A stretch of DNA of 64,000 nt from NCBI GenBank assembly GCA_965205465.1, contig OZ242187.1, positions 2,078,890 to 2,142,889 on the forward strand. The letters run 5' to 3'. Shown here in pieces: positions 36,825 to 46,013 of this stretch (the stretch's first letter is position 1; each line of letters opens with the position of its first letter). This DNA is from Candidatus Aldehydirespiratoraceae bacterium (GTDB lineage: Bacteria; Actinomycetota; Acidimicrobiia; Acidimicrobiales; Aldehydirespiratoraceae). The notes beneath the pieces were generated by a model. It worked only from the letters and a program-made list of their open reading frames with translations, was not told the origin of the DNA and made no database searches. The position numbers and the translations under genes were made by a program.

Positions 36825-39800
36825 GAGTGCGTGCGCGATATTTCGGGAACTCGCACTGGAGCGGCTCGTGGACCGAGGAGGTCACTGTCCGCATCCAGGA
36901 TGATCCGCCGGCCGCTCCCACCGAGCTGGCCGCCTCCAGTGTGACCCACGACAGCGTTACCCTTACCTGGACGGCGCCGAGCAGCGGTGCGGTCACCGGC
37001 TACAAGGTATTCCGCGGTGCCGACGCCGAGTCTCTGTCTGTCATCGAAGGCAACACTGGCAGTACCGACACGGCGTTCACCGACTCCAGCGTCGCGGCAG
37101 ATACCCAGTATGTCTATTCTGTTCTGGCCCTGAGTCCCGACGGCGATGGGGCCGAGTCCGGCATCTTCACCGTGACCACGCCCGCTGACGACACCGAGAG
37201 TTCAGAGACGAATGTGGAGGACGAGAACTCTGTTGAAGTGATCACGGTGACCTTCCCGCAAACGCCTGCCGAGCATGACGGCGTTACGGACTTCCACATG
37301 CACTTGGACTTCAGCCACGTTCCAGACAGCTTGGGCTGGCGGTCTCTGAAGGCCACCATGAGTTTTGAGGGCGCCACCACCGGCAGAGTCTGGCGCCGAG
37401 ATTCAGGGGTCGGTCGTCTCTGGGGCGTGACGGTGGTCCCCGACGGGATCGGTGACATTACCGTGACGATAAACGGCACTACCAACTGTTCTGACCAACA
37501 TGCGGTGTGCGACGCGAACGGTCTCATGCTTCGCGGCGGTGAGCAGGAAGTAATCCTGGGTCTGCTCACCTTGTCGGTATCCGAGCCGGAAGTTCAAGAG
37601 GACCAGGGGGCCACCCTCGACTTCGTGGTGTCCCTGAACCGGGTCCACGACCAGGCGGTTACCGTCTCTTACGAGACCGAGGATGGGAGCGCGACGGCCG
37701 GGTCCGACTACACCTCCGCCTCGGGTTCGCTCACCTTTGACGCCGGTCAGACCGAACAGACGGTGTCGGTAGCGGTGCTGCAGAACGTCGAGGACAGTGT
37801 TCGAGAGACTGTAGTTTTCCGCCTCACCGACCCTGTTGGCGCGATCCTGTACGACGAATATGCCCTGGGTACGATTGTCGGCTTGGAGGTGCCCAGCCAA
37901 CAGGAGGAGGTGAGCAACCAGCAGCCACAAAACCTGGACCCGACCAGCTGGTCGGAAGCGATTGGACGAAGTCCACTAGTGGTGATCACGGATGACGAAG
38001 AGGTAGAAATCCCGGACCCGCCCAGTTTGTCGGTAGCGGATGCAATGGTTAAGGAAGGCGCGGGGGCCACCCTCGATTTCGTGGTGAGCCTCAGTCAGGC
38101 CAGCGACCAAGTGGTTACCGTCACCTACCGCACAGGGCGGGGGACGGGGGACGGGGTCGCGCTGCCCGGTTCCGACTACCACGCCACCTCTGGCAGACTC
38201 ACGTTTGCCGCGGGTGATACGGAGAAGACCGTGTCGGTACGGGTGCGGGAGGACGAGGAGCAAGATGGCCGGGAAACCTTTCCGTTCCTGCTCACCAGCG
38301 CCGTAGGCGCGACCATCGCGGACGCTGAAGCCACGGGAGCGATTCTCAACACCCCGAAGGGACAGCGGCGGCCCGCATATTATGGTCATGACCGACCCGA
38401 TTGGTCCCCGGGACAGATCTTCCCCACCTCCGTCACCAGCACCGAGGCCCACGTCATTGACCTGGAATGGGCCGCGCCGAGCATTTACACCGCTCGCAAG
38501 TTCCGGGTCAACTTTGCACCGGTAGACCCTGCTTTTCCCAACTACAGCTTCCCCTGGGAGGGCGCGGAAACCGGTAATCACTGGGTTCATTACCCATTCG
38601 CGACCTCAACGAGGATTACCGGTCTGACCGGGGGGGTCGAGTACAAGGTGCGGGTGCAGGCCCAATTCCAAGCCCGCGGAGAATCGTCGGCCTGGAATGG
38701 ACCCTGGAGCCACATAATGAAGATAACCGCTGCCGGTGACGGCAGCCCGCCACCGCCATTGGCGACGGCCTCGACAGTCAGTTCGCCGACACCGGAGCAA
38801 TACGCCACCGGCCAACTGACATCGTTGAAGCTGACCACCTCGGAGGTAGGGAACATTCTGGTGGAATGGATCCCGCCGTCCTCGCCCACCAACAACGACG
38901 GTGCATTTCCTCCTGACGACTACCGCGTCAGCTGGGCCAAGGGCGATGAGTCGTTCCCCAGCGCCAGCACTACTGCTGGGAACGCTGATGTCGCCGGGGC
39001 CTCGTACGCGCTGACTGGCCTGGACAGCGGCGAGATCTACCGGGTCCGCGTGCGGGCCAATTACCCAGCCGGCGCGCTGTACCTGCAGCCCGCTTGGAAC
39101 GGCCCCTGGACGGAACTGCAGATAGTTGTCGCCAGCCCGGATTCAGAAAGGACGGGCAGAACTGTGCTCTTGCCCGCGGTGATACCCGAACCGGTGGTCG
39201 CTCCGGTTCCAGCAAAGTACGCACAGGGCCAGTTGGCCACGATGAGGCTTGAAAGCCCTGAGGCCGGGAACATCGAAGCGTCCTGGACCGCGCCGCCGCG
39301 GCCCACAGGCAAAGCACCCAGCGCCTACCAAGTCAATTGGGCCCAGCACGGGAGCCCTTACCCCGATTCTAACGCCTCCACCAGCTATGTTGAGGTAGCT
39401 GGCGCCTCTCACACGCTGACCGGCCTCGAGAGCGGCCACACCTACCGGGTCCGGGTCCGCGCCGGTTACGACCAAGGGTTGCACACTGCCTGGACTGGCC
39501 CCTGGACAGAGCTCGAGATCGTCTCGGCCATCCCCGAACTCACCGCACCCAAGTCGACCATTGAGGCAAGAGGCGCCGGGGCGTCAACGCGGGCGCTGAG
39601 TACCCAGGCGGAGGCCATCGACCACGACAGCGTCGCCGTCAGTGACTACATCTCCAGGGTTTGGGTCGTCTCCCAGCACAACCTTGTCCAGTTTTCCTGG
39701 AGGCGACCGACCCAAACAGTCCAATACCGGATCTGGCGCGCGCCGGCCGGAACCGATGCTTATACGAAGCTGGCTGAGGGCACGGACGTGACGTTGTCCT

Positions 39801-41305
39801 TTCAACCCGATAACCCGCTCGGCTCCCGCTTCTACTTCACCGACACCGTCGTGACTGCGTCCACCAACTACAAATATGCCATCCAGGTGCTGGAAAACGG
39901 GCAGTACAGCACGCCTTACGAGGTCCTCGCCAGCACGACGGAATGGCTTGCTCCGCTGACTCGGACGACGGCGCCAGAAGCCGTGCCAAGGAACGACGAC
40001 GGCGACTATCTGGTGGAAGTGGGTGAGAAACTGAAGGTGTATATAGCCAAGTCGGCCTCCACCGAAAGCTTCCTCGTGACCCTGGAAGCGGGAGAGGCCT
40101 ACCGTGTGGAACTGAACGACGTCGTTGCCCAGTCAATCAGACCCAACCACACCCACAAAGCCGTGGGCGGAATAGCTAGCTACGCAGGACCCATATCACA
40201 TACCCCCAACTTTGGGGCAATAGACATATTGCACACTCACGCTGGCCGACACCACATAAACCTCAGTTCCATAACCCGGGTTGCCAACGGCCGAACGATA
40301 AGCTACGAAAGCCAAGACTACAAGCCGCCGACATCCATGAATTGGCAGGTGTTCTGGGACGGGAATCTGTTCAAGCGCTGGGGCGATCCCGCGCAGTTCG
40401 GCCATGTTTTCCACGCCCCAGCCGCAGGCGACTATCGGGTGCAGGTCAGAACCGACGCCGCCCCCGCACTGTACGCGTTCAGAGTATCCAAGATCGGCGA
40501 CCATCCGGACGTACCGTCCTTCCGTTCCCGGCATCAGCTCTTTACACACGGCATCAGCAATTTGGGGCATAGCACCTCGGTGCTCGGAAATATCGGCGTT
40601 GATGACAAGGACTGGTTCGCCATCAAACTGGAGGCCGGCAAGACGTACCGGGTCGCCCTCGCTGCGGGCGGCAATTTGGAGTGGCAGGGATTGTCCAACC
40701 CTCGCTTGTTCGCCATGGCCGGACCTGACGGCGTACAAGTCCGACCTAGCTTCCAGGGAGCAAGCAGGGACCGGTTCCGGTTCAAGGTGCCCCGAGATGA
40801 AGGCGGTTACTACCACTTCGGCGTCTCGGGTGCTTCCGCCAGTGACCGTGGACTCTACGTGTTCTCCCTCGCCGAGGACGACTTCCCAACCAACCCGAGC
40901 GGCCCGGTACTGGCCGTCGGCCAGCAGTTCATTGGAATGATCGAGTCCGGATCCGACAAAGACTGGATCGGCGTCGATCTGACGGCCGGCCGAAACTACC
41001 GCATCAGAGTGTCCGGCAGCTACGGGAACATCGGCGGCCGCTTATTTACCATATACACCGGCATCGAAAACAAAGTCTATAACAACAGGGGTATGGCAGT
41101 GAACCTCGGCAATCGTCTCAGAAGGGAGAACGCCAACACCGATCACGGCGGCAACGTCGGCTACCTAGTAGGCCGGATCAATTCGTTGCGCTGGACGAAC
41201 GTCGCCACCAGTGGTCGCTACTTCTTCCAAGTCCAACAGTCCAGCCAGAAGGGGGTGAGCAACCTCGGAGCATACTATTTCCAGGTTACGGACATCGGGC
41301 CGTAG
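36821..41305 (+). CDS. Giant exported multidomain protein: FN3 repeats, 2 Calx-beta domains, C-terminal PPC (pre-peptidase C-terminal)-like domains
   Basis: 1494 aa. Calx-beta signature GATLDFVVSL...VTVSYETEDGSATAGSDYTSASGSLTF appears twice. There are multiple FN3 modules (YRVRVRA...) and C-terminal ...DKDWFAIKLEAGKTYRV..., ...DKDWIGVDLTAGRNYRI... The frame is open back to 36749 and continues the upstream piece (LVAGAEYKVRVRARY). Confidence 0.85.
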   Translation: MRVRARYFGNSHWSGSWTEEVTVRIQDDPPAAPTELAASSVTHDSVTLTWTAPSSGAVTGYKVFRGADAESLSVIEGNTGSTDTAFTDSSVAADTQYVYSVLALSPDGDGAESGIFTVTTPADDTESSETNVEDENSVEVITVTFPQTPAEHDGVTDFHMHLDFSHVPDSLGWRSLKATMSFEGATTGRVWRRDSGVGRLWGVTVVPDGIGDITVTINGTTNCSDQHAVCDANGLMLRGGEQEVILGLLTLSVSEPEVQEDQGATLDFVVSLNRVHDQAVTVSYETEDGSATAGSDYTSASGSLTFDAGQTEQTVSVAVLQNVEDSVRETVVFRLTDPVGAILYDEYALGTIVGLEVPSQQEEVSNQQPQNLDPTSWSEAIGRSPLVVITDDEEVEIPDPPSLSVADAMVKEGAGATLDFVVSLSQASDQVVTVTYRTGRGTGDGVALPGSDYHATSGRLTFAAGDTEKTVSVRVREDEEQDGRETFPFLLTSAVGATIADAEATGAILNTPKGQRRPAYYGHDRPDWSPGQIFPTSVTSTEAHVIDLEWAAPSIYTARKFRVNFAPVDPAFPNYSFPWEGAETGNHWVHYPFATSTRITGLTGGVEYKVRVQAQFQARGESSAWNGPWSHIMKITAAGDGSPPPPLATASTVSSPTPEQYATGQLTSLKLTTSEVGNILVEWIPPSSPTNNDGAFPPDDYRVSWAKGDESFPSASTTAGNADVAGASYALTGLDSGEIYRVRVRANYPAGALYLQPAWNGPWTELQIVVASPDSERTGRTVLLPAVIPEPVVAPVPAKYAQGQLATMRLESPEAGNIEASWTAPPRPTGKAPSAYQVNWAQHGSPYPDSNASTSYVEVAGASHTLTGLESGHTYRVRVRAGYDQGLHTAWTGPWTELEIVSAIPELTAPKSTIEARGAGASTRALSTQAEAIDHDSVAVSDYISRVWVVSQHNLVQFSWRRPTQTVQYRIWRAPAGTDAYTKLAEGTDVTLSFQPDNPLGSRFYFTDTVVTASTNYKYAIQVLENGQYSTPYEVLASTTEWLAPLTRTTAPEAVPRNDDGDYLVEVGEKLKVYIAKSASTESFLVTLEAGEAYRVELNDVVAQSIRPNHTHKAVGGIASYAGPISHTPNFGAIDILHTHAGRHHINLSSITRVANGRTISYESQDYKPPTSMNWQVFWDGNLFKRWGDPAQFGHVFHAPAAGDYRVQVRTDAAPALYAFRVSKIGDHPDVPSFRSRHQLFTHGISNLGHSTSVLGNIGVDDKDWFAIKLEAGKTYRVALAAGGNLEWQGLSNPRLFAMAGPDGVQVRPSFQGASRDRFRFKVPRDEGGYYHFGVSGASASDRGLYVFSLAEDDFPTNPSGPVLAVGQQFIGMIESGSDKDWIGVDLTAGRNYRIRVSGSYGNIGGRLFTIYTGIENKVYNNRGMAVNLGNRLRRENANTDHGGNVGYLVGRINSLRWTNVATSGRYFFQVQQSSQKGVSNLGAYYFQVTDIGP

Positions 41306-41356
41306 CAGGAGAATTGCAAACGTAGGTACCCGACTAGCGTAGAGAGTTTTCCGATC

Positions 41357-41890
41357 ATGAAGTTACTTTTGAACTTGCTCGCCGTGGTGGCACTGCTTGC
41401 GGCGCTGGCGGCTTGCGGCGGCGATTCGGTGCCCGCAGCCATAGGCGCGAGGGCCTCGGCGAACCTGACCGGACCCGACGGCGCGCCGATGGGCACAGTG
41501 ACGCTCACCCAGGGCCCCCAAGGCGTGCTGATCTCGGCCGACGTGACCGGGCTGTCGTCGGGCGCGCACGGCTTCCACATCCACGCCCTCGGCACCTGCG
41601 CCCCGGACTTCGCGGCGGCCGGCGGCCACTTCGACCCCCGCAGCGGTGGCCACGGCTTCTTGCATGAGGACGGCGCGCACGCCGGCGACCTGCCGAACAT
41701 CCACGCCGGCGCCGACGGCTCCGCTCGCGCCGACTACTTCAGCGACGCCGTCACCTTGGGCGGCGGCGTCGACCACTCCGTGTTCGACGACGACGGCTCC
41801 GCGATCATCGTGCACGCCAAACCTGACAGCTACGGCGAGGACGCCGAGGCCGGCGACCGCGTCGCCTGCGGCGTTATCCAACCCCGCTAG
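41357..41890 (+). CDS. sodC: Cu/Zn superoxide dismutase, lipoprotein
   Basis: MKLLLNLLAVVALLAALAAC lipobox; GFHIHALGTC, HAGDLPN, IIVHAKPD, RVACGVI motifs. Confidence 0.9.
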   Translation: MKLLLNLLAVVALLAALAACGGDSVPAAIGARASANLTGPDGAPMGTVTLTQGPQGVLISADVTGLSSGAHGFHIHALGTCAPDFAAAGGHFDPRSGGHGFLHEDGAHAGDLPNIHAGADGSARADYFSDAVTLGGGVDHSVFDDDGSAIIVHAKPDSYGEDAEAGDRVACGVIQPR

Positions 41891-42007
41891 CAGGGCGCAG
41901 ACAAATCCCCGATTCTGAGCCGCCGGGTCTCTCAGCGTAGACGAGGAGGACTTCTCGTCCACCTGCGTTGTAACGCTCGAACCAGAGCGCCAAGGCTTTA
42001 CGGCTTT

Positions 42008-42241
42008 TTACGGCGCACTGAGAGACGAGCAAAGTGCCCTGCGCCCCAGGGCGATGAGATTTTGGTCGCCGCTAGCGAAAACTGTGTCCACATCGGCAAC
42101 TGTCTGCGCCGCGGCCAGGTGAACGGCGTCGTAGCCGCGTAGTTGGTGCTCTTCGGCTAGGTCGCCCGCAGTTCGGACCAGTCGGTCGGTGCTCTCGACG
42201 TGATCGACTTGGGCACTGAGGTCGTCAAGTAGCGCAACCAC
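42008..42241 (-). pseudogene. C-terminal fragment of a PIN-domain (VapC-like) toxin
   Basis: ...LRGYDAVHLAAAQTV...VFASGDQNL... matches only the last half of a PIN domain. The N-terminal acidic motif and any antitoxin are missing. Confidence 0.5.
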
Positions 42242-42286
42242 AGAAGCAAGCCCTCCTCGGGTTAGCCGCGAGTTCTTTCCCGAGCA

Positions 42287-42735
42287 CTAGCTGCGCCTCC
42301 ACTCGTAGTCCAGGCTCGCGCTGTCGGCCACCAATATCTGGCCGGTTTGCGAGTCGATCTCAAATGGGGCGGAGCCGACCCGCGTCAGCGTGTAAAGCAG
42401 TTCATCGTTGTCGGGATCGAGCGCCGTGACCGGGCCGCCGACCGCGGTTCCAGCCCGGGCGTTCTCCTCCACGTGGCGCTCAGTGGTTGCCGGATCGAAG
42501 TCCGGCGTCTGGTTCTGGGCTGCCTGAACCCGGTGGGCTGATTCGGCCTGCGCTGACTTGGCCGTGCCGTGGTCGTCGTCATAGGACACAACCGCGCGCA
42601 GATGCTGGTCAATGTCTGCGGTCTGGGGGGGTGTAGGTGTCGAAATCACTGTTTCGCCCCGAGATGGTCGGGGCTTCATTTGCATCCCAAAGGACACACA
42701 CCAATTCAATTATGCAACACCATGCGAACGTCTGG
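42287..42735 (-). pseudogene. Remnant of a cadherin-repeat adhesin gene, 5'-truncated and frameshifted
   Basis: DANEAPTISG...FDTYTPP in one frame continues as QTADIDQHLRAVVSYDDDHGTAKS...ALDPDNDELLYTL...FEIDSQTGQILVA in another. The break is at a C7 run (coding strand), + strand 42625-42631. Confidence 0.6.
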
Positions 42736-42902
42736 TTGCTGCATGGGCAACACAATGTTGCATCGATAGTCGAGGTTCGCCGCGCTACGGCAGCGAACCG
42801 GCGGGCGGCGGCTGAGCCAACGGGGGGTTCGCTGGCAACACCAGGCCCGCGGCCCGCAAGACCCACCAACGAGCGATGCGCGATCGGGCACCCACTGCGA
42901 GC

Positions 42903-43034
42903 GAGCGGAGACGGTGGTGTTGTGGTTCAAGACATAGGAAGGGTCTGGTCGGCTGATGTTGGGGCATGTCGAAACGTCGATCGGTTATCTTGTCGGTGGT
43001 GTTGGAGGGTCGGACCCAGGCCCAAACGGCCAGG
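42903..43034 (+). mobile_element. Solo left-end remnant of the IS481-family element (15-mer tRNA-Ser-like flank + IR + first ~25 transposase codons)
   Basis: Near-identical to 45971-46130 apart from a 23-nt gap: GAGCGGAGACGGTGGTGTTGTGGTTCA-AGACATAGGAAGGGTCTGG...ATGTCGAAACGTCGATCGGTT... Similarity stops at ...CCCAAACGGCCAGG. Confidence 0.75.
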
Positions 43035-43105
43035 GCATCAGCACTGAGAGAACGTAGCTGAAAAGCAGAGGCTCTTCGGATTTCAGGGGCGACTGATTGA
43101 CTGGT

Positions 43106-43111
43106 TATAAT
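43106..43111 (+). promoter_or_regulatory. Consensus -10 box TATAAT upstream of the FN3/PPC gene
   Basis: A perfect TATAAT lies 50 nt upstream of ATG 43161, which itself has GGAGG 5 nt upstream. The ATG at 43110 overlaps this box and is unlikely to be the start. Confidence 0.4.
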
Positions 43112-43160
43112 GGGATCAACTACTATGGGCACCATCTGGCGAACACACGTCTTTGGAGGC

Positions 43161-44447
43161 ATGCAGACAACTGTCGCTGCGGCGTCGGGCTCGGGGCGGG
43201 CGCGGCGACGGGCCTCGGCGACGGTGTTGGCGGCGGCGGTGTTGGTGCTGGGCAGTGCGGTGCCGGTGGCAGCGACGACTGGCAGCGTGCCGGCCAGGCC
43301 GACGGGCTTGTCGGCGGTCGCGGTGGCGCACGACTCGGTGCAACTGTCCTGGAACGATCCCGGTGATGCCGGCATCACCGGTTATCAGGTGCTGCGACGC
43401 GACCGCACAGCGGGCAGTTCAGGCGGTTTCTCGGTGATCGCGGAGGACACCGGCTCGGCCTCGACCACCTACGTCGATGGCAGCGTCGCGGCGAACGGTT
43501 CGTATGGGTACCGGGTGCGGGCCCTCAATGGCGAGGGATCGAGCCGGCGATCGCGCAGCGCGCGGGTCCAGACTCCCGCGGCGCCGGAGCCGCAGGTCGA
43601 AGGCGTGTTGTCGGAGCCGGCGAACGGCGCGGGTGCAACGACGCCCAGCGACGACTATCCGGCCAACACCACGACGTCGGGCACTGTCGCGGCGGGGGGT
43701 TCGACCACCGGCGAGTTCGAGAGCGCGGGCGACGAGGACTGGTTCTCGGTGAGCCTGGCGGCGGGCAAGACGTACCAGATCGATCTCAAGGGATCATCGA
43801 GCGGCCGCGGCACGCTGCCGGATCCTTATCTGCGCGGTGTGCATGACGAGAACGGGAACCTGATCGCCCACACCGGCAACGACGATGGGGGGCACCTGTT
43901 CGATAGCAGAGTCAGGTTCACCCCGACATCGGCGGGAGCCTATTTCGTGAATGCTGGCAGCTTCTGGGAGTCGACCACGGGCACCTACGAACTGTCGGTG
44001 GCCGATGTCACCGGCCAGCCGCCTCCTGCCGGTCCCGCTGATGACTACGCCGCGGGCACCGCCACGAGCGGCACCGTCAAGCTGGGCGAAGCGGCGTTCG
44101 GCTCGCTCGAGGACTTCGGCGACCGGGACTGGTTCGCGGTGGAGCTGGTGGCGGGCAAGACCTACCAGTTCGATGCGATGGGCCTCTCCACCGGCGACGG
44201 CACGCTCGCAGATCCGTACCTGCGAGGCATTCGTGACTCCTCGGGCCAGCGCATCCGCCGCACCTCCGACGACGACAGCGGCACCGGCATGAACGGGCGG
44301 GTGACGTTCACCGCCTCGGACTCCGGGACGCACTACGTGGTGGTGGGCACGTTCTGGGATTACATGACGGGCACGTACAAGCTGTCGGTCACCGATGTCT
44401 CAGCGGAGCCCGACGTCGTCGAGGTCACCGACATCGATCCTGCGTGA
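43161..44447 (+). CDS. Exported FN3 + 2x PPC-like domain protein
   Basis: MQTTVAAASGSGRARRRASATVLAAAVLVLGSAVPVAA signal. The FN3 reads PARPTGLSAVAVAHDSVQLSWNDP...YRVRALN. There are two repeats of DDYxxxTxTSGTVxxG...D(R/E)DWF(S/A)VxLxAGKTYQ(I/F)D...GTYxLSVxDV. Confidence 0.85.
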   Translation: MQTTVAAASGSGRARRRASATVLAAAVLVLGSAVPVAATTGSVPARPTGLSAVAVAHDSVQLSWNDPGDAGITGYQVLRRDRTAGSSGGFSVIAEDTGSASTTYVDGSVAANGSYGYRVRALNGEGSSRRSRSARVQTPAAPEPQVEGVLSEPANGAGATTPSDDYPANTTTSGTVAAGGSTTGEFESAGDEDWFSVSLAAGKTYQIDLKGSSSGRGTLPDPYLRGVHDENGNLIAHTGNDDGGHLFDSRVRFTPTSAGAYFVNAGSFWESTTGTYELSVADVTGQPPPAGPADDYAAGTATSGTVKLGEAAFGSLEDFGDRDWFAVELVAGKTYQFDAMGLSTGDGTLADPYLRGIRDSSGQRIRRTSDDDSGTGMNGRVTFTASDSGTHYVVVGTFWDYMTGTYKLSVTDVSAEPDVVEVTDIDPA

Positions 44448-44564
44448 CGGCGTCGCTTCTCGCTCAGTAGCCGACCGCCCCGCGATGGGGCAGCAGATGG
44501 ACTCGGGGTACCCGAGACAGCCCTCGTCCCGGGTGCCGTCGGTGAGTTCGGGGCGGTTGATTTG

Positions 44565-45916
44565 GGCCCTTCGCGTATTCGTGGGATTGAGGGTTGCTGG
44601 CACCGGTTGGGGTCATTATGTCACGAGGATGCCGCGGGCTTCGAAGTTGCGTGGGTTTGTGAACCCGTGGGCGCTTCGGCGCAGCACTTGGAGCAGGTTG
44701 TTGGTTCCTTCGATTCCTGCCGTTGGAGGCTCGGTCGGTGTGGTGCCAGTTGAGGATCTCGTCGGTCCAGGCGATGATGGTGTCGACGGTGTCGTGGTAC
44801 TCGGGCAGCTCGCCGGTCTGGTAGAGGTCACAGAACCGTCCGAGGGACTTGAGGGCGCCGTCGTAGTCGTCGGCGAGGTAGAGGCCGTGGAGCTCTTGCA
44901 GTGCCTGCCAGCCGGCCCGCAGGCGGGGTGGGCGTCGAAGAGGGCGTCGAGGCGCACCCGGTCGGCGTCGGTGAGGGTGTCGCCGCGTCTCAGCAGCGCG
45001 AACCGGGCCCGGAACACTTCGGGGTCGAAGGCGGGCTTGGAGCCTTCAGGGCGGCGCTGGACGTCGCGGCGGACCGCGGTGAGCCCCGCCGCGAACCATC
45101 TGATGACACCGAAGCGGTCCAGCACATGGCGGGCGTGGCCCAAGTGGGCGTCGATGGCGGCCTTGTAGGCCTTGGAGCCGTCGCTGACGACGACTTTGAC
45201 TCCCTTGCACCATCTGTGGCCTTGTTGCATCAAAAACGTTGACAGCGCAGCCGAACTGCGGTGCTGGACCATCGCCAGGGTGCGGCCGGTGTCGCCGTTG
45301 ACGATCACCGTCACATAGCGGTGCCGTTTGCGCATCGAGGTCTCATCGACCAACAGCACCGCGCGCCGGCGGCTGCGGCGCCGCTCAGCGACCAGAGCCG
45401 ACCAAGTGTCCACCAGGGCGCGGACCGCGTGCCAGTGCACACCATGGCGGCGCGCCACCGCGCTGAACGTCATCACCTTGGCGTCAGCGACGACCCGCCG
45501 CGACAAACGCGCGGTGAGCGCGCCCTCGAACGCCGGATGGTCCTCCAAGAACCGGCTGGCGCAGTTGTCGCACACCATCCTGCGCCGCTGCCACACCAAC
45601 GTCATACGCCGCCCCGACACCTCCAGGTCCCGGACCTTCTTGGCGCGGCGGTCATGCACCCGGTGGCACTTGAACCCGCACTGAGCACAGCGCAGCCGCC
45701 TGAACGTCGACTCGACGCTCACCACAAGCGCCCCCGGAGTGTCCTCGACCACCTCCAACACACGAATCTGCGCCAAGTGCAGCCGCACTGTTATAACATC
45801 GCAAGCCATCGAGGCCCTCCTGGATCGTTGATCTCTCAATCACCGATTCCAGCAGGGCCTCGACCCCTACTCAGGGACCCTCAACCACGCCGCTCCCCAC
45901 ATATACGCGAAGGCTC
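44565..45916 (-). mobile_element. ISL3-family insertion sequence
   Basis: Terminal IRs GGCCCTTCGCGTATTCGTGGGA (44565-) and reverse complement GAGCCTTCGCGTATATGTGGGGA (-45916) enclose an ISL3-type transposase. Confidence 0.8.
44616..45839 (-). pseudogene. ISL3-family transposase with two compensating frameshifts
   Basis: zf-ISL3-like N-terminus (RCAQCGFKCHRVHDRR), DDE core and C-terminus IEGTNNLLQVLRRSAHGFTNPRNFEARGIL. About 74 internal codons read as S/T/P-rich junk, while the adjacent frame reads RLRAGWQALQELHGLYLADDYDGALKSLGRFCDLYQTGELPEYHDTVDTIIAWTDEILNWHHTDRASNGR. Confidence 0.75.
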
Positions 45917-45985
45917 AAAAACCCCGCCCCGCGTGGGTTCACAAGGTTCCTATGTCTTGACACATCACAAGAGCGGAGACGGTGG
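45917..45985 (+). mobile_element. Solo right end of the IS481-family element plus duplicated tRNA-Ser-like flank
   Basis: AAAACCCCGCCCCGCGTGGGTTCA..CCTATGTCTTGACACATCACAAGAGCGGAGACGGTGG duplicates 47218-47285 with a few mismatches. It directly abuts the ISL3 right IR. Confidence 0.7.
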
Positions 45986-46013
45986 TGTTGTGGTTCAGGA
46001 CATCGGAAAGGTA

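Noticed and set aside
41939-41959. GACGAG-n8-CTCGTC hairpin after sodC as a rho-independent terminator.
   Set aside because: The stem is short, there is no U-tract, and it lies about 50 nt past the stop. The evidence is too weak to annotate.
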